From: Octopus bimaculoides
Taxonomy: Eukaryota
DNA length: 55,159 nt
NCBI RefSeq assembly: GCF_001194135.2
Contig: NC_068995.1
Span: forward strand, 28,469,080-28,524,238
Reading direction: 5' to 3'
Shown: positions 37,224 through 49,200 of the stretch, one piece after another
Layout: every line of letters starts with the position of its first letter
Numbering within the stretch: position 1 is the first letter of the stretch
The notes under the pieces: model-generated
Seen by the model: the letters and a program-made list of their open reading frames with translations, nothing else
Database searches by the model: none
Told to the model about the DNA's origin: nothing
Translations under genes and position numbers: made by a program

Positions 37224-40200
37224 CTGTTTATGCAGTTATTGATTTATTTCATTCGTTGATTTGTATCACTCACACATATGTTTGTAATCATTTAATAAAT
37301 AGATATAATTGAATGTTTACTGGCTGATGTTTGTTGATTGTATGTCCTCTCCTTTTTCTTATTTGCCTTATATATATATCATCATCATCATCATCATCAT
37401 CGTTTAACGTCCGCCTTCCATGCTAGCATGGGTTGGACGATTTGACTGAGGACTGGTGAAACCGGATGGCAACACCAGGCTCCAATCTAATTTGGCAGAG
37501 TTTCTACAGCTGGATGCCCTTCCTAACGCCAACCACTCAGAGAGTATATATATTCATATATATATATCTACTATATAAATGAGAGTACATGTAGTCATGT
37601 ATGTGTGTTTAGCCCCAAAAGGGTCCTTGAGAAAAACGAATTTCATTTTCAGTATCTGTGTCTCAAAGAGAAAGTTGTCCATAAATAATAATCAAAAAAT
37701 ATATGCTATGAGAAGAAACTCAACCTTTAGGTCAACAAATCTACCATTCTTTATCTATCATCATCAGGCTCTTTTACTTTTATGCCTTCCCATCTCTATA
37801 TATACTTACCATACTTTTCATAACTCTCTCTTTCTTTCTCTCTCCCTGTATGCACATTATTTCTCATGCATGCTGCTCCCCACCATCTCTCTTCAAATGA
37901 CATAAATTTCATCTTGTAATGTTTACTTTCATTATATGATACACAGCATTCACATACAAATTCTGTTTTCTGATTGGGTAAATATTTACCAAACTTTAAG
38001 CCTCTGGAACATTTTTCTGAAACTTTTCCAGAATAAATGAATCACAAAACTGGATTCAGCATGAGAAAGTACATCAATATATCAAATTTGAAAATTTTCA
38101 CTAAATTTTAAAATTTTAAATTCTGTGACAGCAATAGAAAAGATCTCATTTGTCACTCATTTTTTTGCTTTTCTCAATATAAACTTTCCCCTTATATATA
38201 TATATATTTATCACACATTCTCACTCTGTATTCTTTTATTCTTTTAATTGCTCCAGTCATTTGACTGCGGCCATGCTAGAGCATCACCTTGAAGTGTTTT
38301 TGGCAAACAATTTGACACCCAAGACATAATTTTAAGCCTAGTACTTATTCTATCAGTTTCTTTGCCAAACCGATAAGTTACAGGAATGTAAACACACCAA
38401 CACCAGGACACACACACATAGATATATACATACATATATATATATGACACCCTTCTTTCAGTTTCCATCTACCAAATCCTCTCACATGGCTATCGTTGGA
38501 CCAAAGTTATGGTAGCAGACACTTGTTCAAGGTACAACGCTGTGGGACTGAACCTACCTGGAACCATGTGGTTGGGAAGCAAGCTTCTTACTACACACCT
38601 GCACCTATACAAATCTCATTCACACTGAGTGTGTGTATGTGTGTATTCATGTGTGTAAGGGATTTCATTAGATTGGGAAAGTGATTTAAAAAAAGGTATG
38701 TAAAAGATAATTTATTTTAATAGTATACTTTTCTGATAGTAAATAATTTTTCTTACACACAAATAGACTCGCTTAGTGCAGGGTGGGAGTTAAAAATTTA
38801 AATTACCAAATTTTTTTGTCATTTTTGTTTAAATTCTAGTAATGGACTGCTTCTGGGCAAAACAAAACTGTTACTTCCACATCATCATTCCATAAAATGT
38901 GTTTATGTGGAGAAAAATATTGAAAAGCATCAATTATCATCATCATCATCATCATTTAACGTCTGTCTTCCATGCTAACAAGGGTGGGATGGTACCACAA
39001 GAACCAGACTTTGGTGACTGTTTTGGCAGGATATTTACAGCTGGATGCCCTTCCAAACACCAACCACTTTACAGTGTGGACTGGGTGCATCTAAGTGGCA
39101 CCTGCACCGACAGGGTCACCAAGTATTTGCAAGACATAAAAAAAGAAAAAAAAAACTTTTAGTGAGACAGATACAAGTGTCTTGCTGCAGAGGAAGTACA
39201 AAGTTACCCGGCTGGAGACAGAAAGATCAGGAATGAAGACAGAAACTGGTGTGCTACCACAAAGAAAATACATGCTTGCCCAACCTGAGGGAAGTGTAGG
39301 AGGAGAGAGAGTGGGAGACAGCAGGATGGAGATGGTGGCAAAATGCCAGGCATAATCACAAGGAACAGGGATCAGAATATAAATGAGATGGTTGAGTAAA
39401 GGAAGAGAGAGATATAGATGGTAGCAAGTGCCAGGGCATACCCTTGAGGTTCAAATGCCATAATATAAATGGCAGGATATTGCAAAGGGAGTGTGATTAA
39501 AGAGTGCAACTAAATGGCAAAAGACCTGGGTATATATAGAATTGGAGGGGCTACCTGATAGCAGTGATACAGAGGAACAGGGATGTGAGGACAGGGTTGG
39601 GGATTGAGAGCTGAGCATAGTGTATGAAGGCAGAAATGTGAGAAAGAGAGATGTAGCTTGGTTTGTTGGGGTAGGGTGAAGAAAAGTTTTCTTGTTATGT
39701 GTGGGTGGAACACCCAGGTTGGGGGCTAGCAGATAGCAATAATAAAGTGAGACAGGGCATGTGGGTGGAACACACAGGTCAGGTGCATGCAGAGAGCAAT
39801 GATACAGTGGCACGGGGCCAAGAAGACAGGATTGGGGAGTGAAAAGTAATCATAATACATGAAGCAGAAATGCAAGGGAGAGAAGAGATGTAGAGATGTA
39901 GTTTGGTTTGTTGTGGCAGAGTGGGTGAGACACAGTGCTTCTAGAACTCAGTTCTGCTGGTGTGGGTGGGTCTTCTCAAGAACTTCATATAGCCAGACAT
40001 CTTAGTCCATTGTCATTTCCTCCATGGGGCCCAACTTCCTGAGATTGGTCCTTACCACTTCATCCCATGCTTTCCTGGGTCTTCCTCTTCCACAGGCACC
40101 ATCCCCTTTCAGTGATCGGCACTTCTTTATGCAGCTGTCCTCATTCATATGCATCACATGTCCAAACCAACATAGTCTTCTCTCTTGCATGCTACATTTA

Positions 40201-43200
40201 ATTCCTCTTATGCCCAACTTTTCTCTCATCATACATGTGCACATGTATGATGTTGCACATCCAACAGAACATACTACCTTTGTTTCTCTCCAGTCTACAC
40301 ATGTCTTCTGCATTCAGAGCCCATGTCTCACCACCAAAGAGTTCAGCCATTCATACACAAGTATCATATAGTCTACCTTTCACTCTGAGAGAGAGTCCTT
40401 TTGTTGCCAACAGAGGTAATAGCTCTCTAAATTTCCTCCACCCAATTTTTATTCTAGAAACAATACATCTTCACCATTGATAATTTTGTCACCTAGGTGA
40501 CAGAAACTATCTACAACCTCAAGAGAGCCTCCTGGGCATTTGATAGAATCTAATTATCGTGTGCTCTTAGTGCTTACTGTTCCTACACATCTGCCACATA
40601 CAAAGACGACTTTATCTGTTAATCTACCTGTGATACCACTGCAACTCTTATGTGTCCATAATTTACACTGGGTGTAGTGAATGGAGTTTCTTCCAACTCA
40701 TTTCTTACGTATGGAACATTTACTTGACGGAAAGAAAGTTTTATCTTCTTTTTGACTAACTGCTTTTGTCTTAGGTTAACTTTAAGGCCCTTTAATTCCA
40801 GGTTTTGTTTCCATACCTGGAATTTCTTCTCCAATTTTGCTAAAGATTCTGCAATAAGAGCAAGGTTATCAGCATATAATAGTTCCCACAGGCACCCAGT
40901 TTTGAATTCCTCTGTTATGGCCTGGAGGACTATAATGAATAAGAGTGGGCTGAGAACTGAGCCCTGGTGAACCCCTACTGAATGCTAAATTTATCACTGT
41001 ATTCATGGCCGACTGTCACCTTACTGACAGCACCACTGTACATGGCTTGGACAGCTCTAACAAGCCACTCCTCTACTCTTAACTTCCTTAGAGACCATCA
41101 TATAACAGAGCAGGGAACTCTGTTGAAAGCTTTCTCCAGATCAATGAAAGCTAAGTACAATGGCTTACTTTTGGCCAAGTACTTTTCCTGCAGCTGTCTC
41201 ATTAGGAAGATGGCATCTGTGGTACTCTTCCCAGGTACAAAACCAAACTGCATCTCATCTAGTTTAATTCTATTTCTAATCAATTGAACTATAACCCTCT
41301 TAGAAATTTTCATGACTTGGTCTAGTAGTTAAATATTTGTGTGTGTATGTATATATATAAATATACATATATAGCAACTTAAAAGGAGGGCTCTTCACAG
41401 GGTCTTGGGCCCAACAATGACACTTCATGCAATAGAGTACATGTTAATTTCTATCAAACTTGAACAATATTTTTCAAGCAATGAATAATTTTCATCAAAA
41501 CAACAATATAATTTGTCGACTTGGAACTTATTGCAAAGCTGCATGATAAACAACATTTTTTGTCTTCCCATTCATATATGAAGAACCTTTAATTGTATAT
41601 GACACACATGAGGGTACTTGTATGAAGGTTATAAGGTAGGGGTATAAGGGTATGCTCAAAATATACATATTCACATACACAGCACATGATACGTATGAGT
41701 TGCCAGGTGAAAATGTTAATGTATGAAAATGGTGGTAGTGGGGGAGGGTGGGGAGGTGGTCATAAAGGGTGTGCAAAATGGACGTTGAGCACAGTCCTTG
41801 TGTAAACTAAGCTTACGCACCATGTAGCTAGTCGGGCTCAGAAGGAAAGGTATAATATTTAGTAATTATTATTATTCTTATCATTAAAGTATCAATGCAA
41901 TGGTGATTGCTGACTTCCAAAAGTTTTCTTTTAACCGACAAGACTTCTCCCATTGATTTTAAGTGCATAGTATAGGAAAAAAAAAATGGCCAAAATTGCT
42001 ACTGAGTGGGTGAGTGGGGATGTGAAAGAAATCATGAATTATAAAATTTTTTTTTACCAAATAGGCATCTCCCGTTATTTTTAAGAGCATAGAGCAAATA
42101 AAAAATTAGTCAAAATTGATCTAGAATGAAGGGGGCAAGGGAGAAGGAAGGATTCCTAAATTTTCAAAAATTATTTTTGTAAAAAGCTCCCCCGACCCGC
42201 CTCATTGCAAGAATGTGGTGAAAAAAAATTTTGAAAAATTCCTATCAAAATGGAGAAAATCCAACTTATGTAGGTGTGCTATTCTGAAAGTCCACAAAGG
42301 CATTCTATTGTGAAAATTGCCTGACAACGATGGGGTACTCAGCTAGTGTGTATATATACACACACACATAAATGTAATAAATTGTCATGTACATGGTGAA
42401 TAGCAAAAATTAAAATGATGTATATATCCACTTTTAATGCATTCCAGCAGATGAATACATGTTTATTTATAACACATTCAATTCATCAGGGCAAGTGGAC
42501 TTTGGGATATTGGTATTTGGACCTTGTCATGTATCTTATTAAACAAAGTTACCCTGGACCAATGAATCTAAGAAGAGTTTTTGGCTCTTGTTTACAGGAT
42601 TTAGTGAGCAGATTATTTGCTGATGTATACTGATGTCTGCCAACCAATAGTAAATTGTCACATGCACAGGGAACAACAAAAACAAAAGTCATACACACTC
42701 ATGCTTAATTCATTCTGATATACTTGAATGTGAATACACTAATTGTTGTTGTATTATGTCATTGGATAATCATCATGTGCACAATGAACAGTGGGGATTA
42801 CAGAAACACCAGCACCTGTTCTGGCACTGTTTTTCCATATATCACTGGCAGAGAGATGAGTCGCTACTATCACTAGTGTTCAATCATCTATCATTGACAA
42901 GACCAAAGAAGGTCAAAATCATGTAACCTGGTGGTCTCAGTAACGGATGTGGCTGGGATTTATCTCCCTGCAAGCAATATAAACAAGAGTGCATTTTGCA
43001 CCAAAAGCCAAATTGAGAGTTTCTCTCATGATATCTGCCACAGTATAGTTTACTCTAACAGAAGATCCAAGTGGGGATATATATATATATATACATACAT
43101 ACACATGTACTCTCTCTCTCTCGTGTATCATGGCATATTCATGCTTTTGACGAATCATGGCTTGTTCCTCCTCCATTTATTTCTGTCTCTCGCAACATCA

Positions 43201-46200
43201 CCCAGGTCTTTCTCGCTCTGCATGTTCATTCCCTTCTTCATCCAGTCGAACATCTCCATTTTCTGCCTTCCTCTCGCTCTCCTTCCCACCAGCTCAGTCT
43301 CCACCATGTAACACTCCATCCCGTCATTCTCTCGGAGAAAATGACCAACAAATCTCCAGTCTCTCTCTGATAATATCCATCAACTGTCTCTTCACTTTCA
43401 TCTTCTTCAACACTTCCACATTCGTCACCCTCTGTACCCACGAGATTCTAAGCATTTTTCTATAAAACTACATTTCCGCAGCTTTGAGTCTCTTCTCCAT
43501 GACTTTGCTTATTGTCCAAGACTCACATCCATATGTTAGCACCGACCAGATGTAGCACTTTGATAGTCTTTTCTTGACTTCCATTCCAATTCTCTTTGCA
43601 CAAAAATGCTTCTCATATCCATAAAAGTCTTCTTTGCTAATCTAATTCTGCACCTGATGTCCTTATCTGACCTTCCATCTGATGTTATCCAACTTCCCAG
43701 ATATATGAAACTGTCTTTCTGCTTTATCCCAGTTCCTTTCACCATCAAGCGACATGCAGGTACCTGTGCTTTCTTGGTACAGACCATTGAGAAGGTTTAC
43801 TGGTAGTTAATCATCAATCCAAGCTTTCCACTCTCCTCCATCATGATATTAATCAATCCCTGAAGCTTCTCTTCTGTGTCCGCAAACAAAGCCGTATCAT
43901 CAGCGTGCCTCAGAGTGTTATGATTCCTTTCCCCCAGTTGTAGCCCTGCAATTGTCTTGATCTTGCTTAGAGCTTTCTCACTATACAGGTTGAATGCATG
44001 TATTAAATTCTGTTTATCCTGAAAGAAAGAAAGAAAGAAAGAAAGAAAGGAAAGAAGGATGGAAGGAAGGAAGGAAAAGTAAAGACTGATACTCAAGCCA
44101 TGTGATGCACTGCTGAATGATAGCTTGGAGACTATGCCAACTCACAACTTTCATATATGAAATGATGCAAAGCTAACCCACTAATTCCATATTCACTTCA
44201 AAATCATTAAAAAATAACTGAATATAATCAAATTAATTTTCACCTGAGTACTTGCAAATGAATCTATATTGTGGATTCAATGGAATAGTTATCTCTATTA
44301 TATATATACAGCAAAAAAATTAATTTTGACTTACTTTCTGTTGACTTCCAATAGCTTGGACTCTTGAACCAACTGTAAAATTTTTGTTCTTTTGTTTACG
44401 TAGAGCTATCAATTGCTTTGCAAGAATACCTGCAGCCTGAAAGAGGGAGTTTAGAAAAATTTTAGAAAACGTACTGCTTTGAAATAAATAGGTATTCAAA
44501 ATGTTTTTCAGCAATAGAAATATTCTAAAGCCCTGAAATTCTTCTGGTCAAATTCTATTTCAGTTCCATACAATAAACATGTAAGTGTAATCATTATTAT
44601 AATTTTTGAGAAATCTGTCTGCCTGTAACATAACTTCATGTCCAGTTTGCACCCTCTCCCTGCCTCAAGTTCTCCATCTTTGTTTGTATGTATGTAGGTA
44701 CAAACTGAGGTGCCCACTAATAAATTACCATTAATAATCTGTTGATAACCAAGAAACATTTTTGTCAAATTTCAGCATTTTTCAAAAAAATAAAATCTAT
44801 ATTAATGGGTAGGACCAATTTGATGAAAAAATGAGCAGAGTCTGGTAGTGAACCCGTGTTGTTGTCATTTTGGTGCATGTACGTAAAATAATGAAATTTT
44901 ACGCTTTGGGCAGATTTCGTCAAATTGATGTCATGACGGCTAGTGCGCAAAATGCCTTGAGAAATAAAATGCTTTTACTTAATCAAAACCTGAATTGTTG
45001 GGGAATTAAAACAATGAACTGAAATAATAAGTTTTAGCAAACCAAAACAATTCATATTGAAATGAAGAATTAGCAAATGCTAAATAAATTACTGTTGATA
45101 AGCTGTCACTTTATACCCATGAAACATATTTTGTCGCTAGTGCGAAAAATGCCCAAATTTTACAATTTTTTGAAAAATCGATGCTGATTAAAAATCGATT
45201 TTTTAAAAATTTCAAGTGCCTAAGTGACTGCATAGGCATAAGCTCCACACACGTGTCAAGTTTCATCAAGGTCTGTTGGATAGTCTCCGAGAAGTTAAAG
45301 TAACAAATTCACGAACACACAAACTTGCCATTTATTATTATAGATGTATGTATGTATGTATGGATGGATGCATGTATGTTTGTTCTTCTCTTTCTCGTTT
45401 TAATTCAGAATAAATTTTGATTGGCCACTCACTTAGTAGCAAGGTTGTGAAGAAAAACATCTTGTTTTAACAATCATCCTTTAAATCTTAAGTAGAATTT
45501 TTATAGTATCAGATGTCACGATCATTTGAAATGCATTCTCTCCACAAGATCCCAAGTTCAATCACACTTTGCACCAGACAGGCTGGTATGTATCCTGTTG
45601 CTCCAATAATAATAATAGGTATTCATGTACTATCTTAGCAGTAAACTGGTCCGTTTTTATTTGGCATGCTTAAGTGAAAGCAGGGTATTGTAATCACTTG
45701 TCTTTGTTTGTGTGTTTGCAAAATTACTGGAAAATGGCAGAACGGATTTTCACCAAATTTGGCAGAAGTACTCATTGAGTGAATGGCTTGAAATGAAGAA
45801 AATTTGGTTTGATTATCTTCAAACATATATAAATACATACATAGATACATAGATATGCAACTGTGTGTGTATGTGTGTGTGTGTGTGTGTTTACAGTGAT
45901 GGATTCGAGGTTTTCGTTTATTTATGAGTTGATTTCTTAATTTCACCAGAGTATAAATACCTATAATGGTGATACTAAAAAAAAAAAACAGATAAACATT
46001 TTTTAAAACTCAAACTTACAAATTTCCCGATAGGCAAGTGGTCATATTATTTATATCCTACAATGAACTACAGTACATTTGATTCACCTGCCATCATTGA
46101 AAGACACTCAAAACACTTCTCAAATTCTATGCAATATTTTCTATAAGTATTTCATTTTGTTCACTTTCATTTTCTTAGGAATCAACCCTTGTCTGCATGT

Positions 46201-49200
46201 ATGTAGATCATAGTGTACCTATTGTGCATAAACACATGTGGGTATATACAAGGGTTGGACAAAATAATGGAAACACCTAGCATCACAGCATCATAATTTT
46301 GAAATATCTATAAAATCATCAAAAGCTTGTTTATTTTTGTTTTTTGATTTATTATTAGTGTTGCTTAATATGTTTTGCTAAAATTGCTGTTTCTTTTCAG
46401 ATATCATCAGAAAAAGGTAATTCATTAAAATAACAGATCTATTGGACTTTCAAAGAGGTCAAATTGTTGGTGCTTGTATGGCAGGCACTAGCATAACAAA
46501 AGCAGCCGAAATGTTTGGTGTATCAAGAACTACTGTCTCGAAAGTAATGACAGCCTTTGAGAAAGAGGGGAAAAAACCTCCTCGTTGAAACAAAACTCCG
46601 GAAGAAAACCAAAACTTTCAGATAGGGTCTTCTGGACTCTTATGCGAATTGTTAAAAAGGATCACAAAAGTACAGCTCCCAAAATTACTGCAGAGCTTAA
46701 TGACCACCTCGAGAACCCAGTTTCCACAAAAACTGTTTGCTGGGAATTGCACAAAGCCAGATTTTACAGAAGGGCTGCAATCAGAAAGCCACTTTCAAAA
46801 ATAAACCTTGCAAAGCATTTAGAGTGGAGTAAAAACCTACAGAATTGGTCCCTAGAGCAGTAGAAGAATGTTATTTTCTCAGATGAGTCATCCTTTGCCT
46901 TATTTCTGATCACTGGCCGAGTATATGTGTGGAGACAGCTAAAAGAAGCATTTGACCAAGACTGCCTTCTTCCAACTGTTAAACATGGAGGAGGATCTCT
47001 GATGATCTGGAAATCTGTCAGCCCAATGGTNNNNNNNNNNTCTGATGATCTGGAAATCTGTCAGCCCAATGGTTTCCCTTCATGGCAGAATTAATAGTCA
47101 AGACTATTTAAGCATTTTATTTGATCAAATTAATCCTATGGCTATGGAACTGTTTCTGGAAGGAAATGTAATCTTTCAGGATGATAAGGCATGAATTCAC
47201 ACAGCTAAAGTTGTTACTGAATGGCACATGGAACATTCCAGTGAAGTTAAACATCTTATCTGACCACCACAATCCCCAGATCTCAATATTATTGAACATT
47301 TATGGTGCATTTTAGAAAAACAAGTAAGGAGTCAAGATCCTCCACCATCATCACTACAAGAACTGGAGACTGTTTTAGCTGAAGAATGGACAAAAATACC
47401 TTTGGAAAAAATTCAAAGTTTGTACGAGTCCATACCTCGTAGAATTCAAGCTATAATTACTGCCAAAGGTGGTTCTACCCCCATATTAAAATTAATTTGT
47501 TTGAAATTTTAAGGTGTTTACATTATTTTGTCCAACCCCTGTACATACATAAATATATACATAGGTGTGTGTGTGTGTGCGTGCGTGCGTGTGTGTACAA
47601 TAATCGATTCGAGGGTTTTGTTCATTTACGAGTTGATTTCTTATTATCACTGGAATATGAATACCTATAATGATGATACTTAAAAAAAAAAATTCAGTTC
47701 AATTAAAAAGCATGGGTAAGCAACACATTGTAAGCCACGCTATAATTTGTGGATAAATTTATCTGTGTGAAGGGTATGCATCACCCCTCTGATGCCCTTT
47801 TTTCATTTTTAATTTGTTATAATAAATAGATTTTACCAATGCTCTTTGGGGAGAGGTCTGTATCGACCCTTATCTCCTGCCTCTCCTCAATGCATGCATG
47901 TATGTATGTTGTTCTCTTTCTAATTTAGAATAAGTTTTGATTGGCCGCTAACTTAATAGTATGTATGCATGCATGCATGCATGCAAATAAAAAAAATGTT
48001 ATATTGAAAATTTAGTAAAAGGTTTATCAAATGCTTCACCTAACATACTGACAATGTCTCACAGCTGGATGTTCAACCTTCACTGTAAGAGACATCCCCC
48101 AAAATGTGAAACAACAAAGCAAAGTACCTGCAGATGTGAAAAATGCTATGGGATGTCTCTCTTCTCTTCACTGCTGGAAAAATTCTTGAAAATTTCTTCC
48201 ATCTTAGACTGATCCACATTGCAGAATAAAAATTTCCAGAAAGCTAATATGAGTTTAGACCAATCATGAAATGGTTGATATCATCTTTTCCTTTGATAAT
48301 TCTAAGAAAAGTGTTTAACACAATACTCTCTATACATGATTTTCTATGATCTTATTAAGTCTTTCTTTTTAATATCAGATGACTATGATTTGAATGATTT
48401 GGATGCCTGATTTGCTAAGATATTATTAAGGCTCTTCATGAAGTTATGACAGATACATTGCAGGTAAAACATTTCACCATTCATCTCAGTTGGATCGGAT
48501 GAATTTTTGCTAAAATACAGTCGTTCCAACTGTATCAGCAAGAACTAGCAAGAACATCACCCTTTCCAAGGGTAATGTTCTTGCTAGTAATTTCCTTAAT
48601 TCCTACTTTGGAGCTATATTACAATTAATGCCACAAATCCATCATATTTATGTTGAGAATATTTTCAACTTTCAGAGATTCAAAAGAATGGAATGAACCA
48701 ACTGTCTGTACTTCTTAACTTTCCTAACACTGTTAGAAAGCAACATGCTACTTCAGATATATTTGTGAATTCTTAAGAATGTTTTGCTCTGAAAATTAAC
48801 ATTAATGATTAAATCAAATTCTTAATTTGTTTTATGTCTATTTTCCATGTTGGTTTGATGAATATACTACTGAAGCATTATTTTACAGTTAGATGCCCTT
48901 TCTGTGGCTAACCTTACCAGTTAGGATTTAGAAAATTCTACATGAGTTCAAAAGTTCAAGGCCAGTCGATGATTTGTTAACAAAGGAAATGACAACAATG
49001 TCACAGTTTGTAATTTGACAATTATTAGAAAAGTTCAAAATGTAAATAAACATAGATAGACACACATATGTATATGATGGGCTTCTTCCAGTTTCTGTCT
49101 ACCAAATCCACAAGCAATGCTTTGGTTACCCTGAAGCTGTTGGTAAAGACACCTGCCTGAGGTGCTGTGCAGTGGGACTGAACATGAAATATGTGATTGC

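Noticed and set aside
46998-47073. Exact 33-nt direct repeat inside the Tc1
   Set aside because: The two copies flank a 10-N gap, which indicates an unmerged contig overlap (assembly artefact).
48050-48930. Possible old RTE/LINE remnants
   Set aside because: Only faint motif traces (GNVLASNFLNSYF; ttacagttagatgccctt) were visible, too degraded to delimit.
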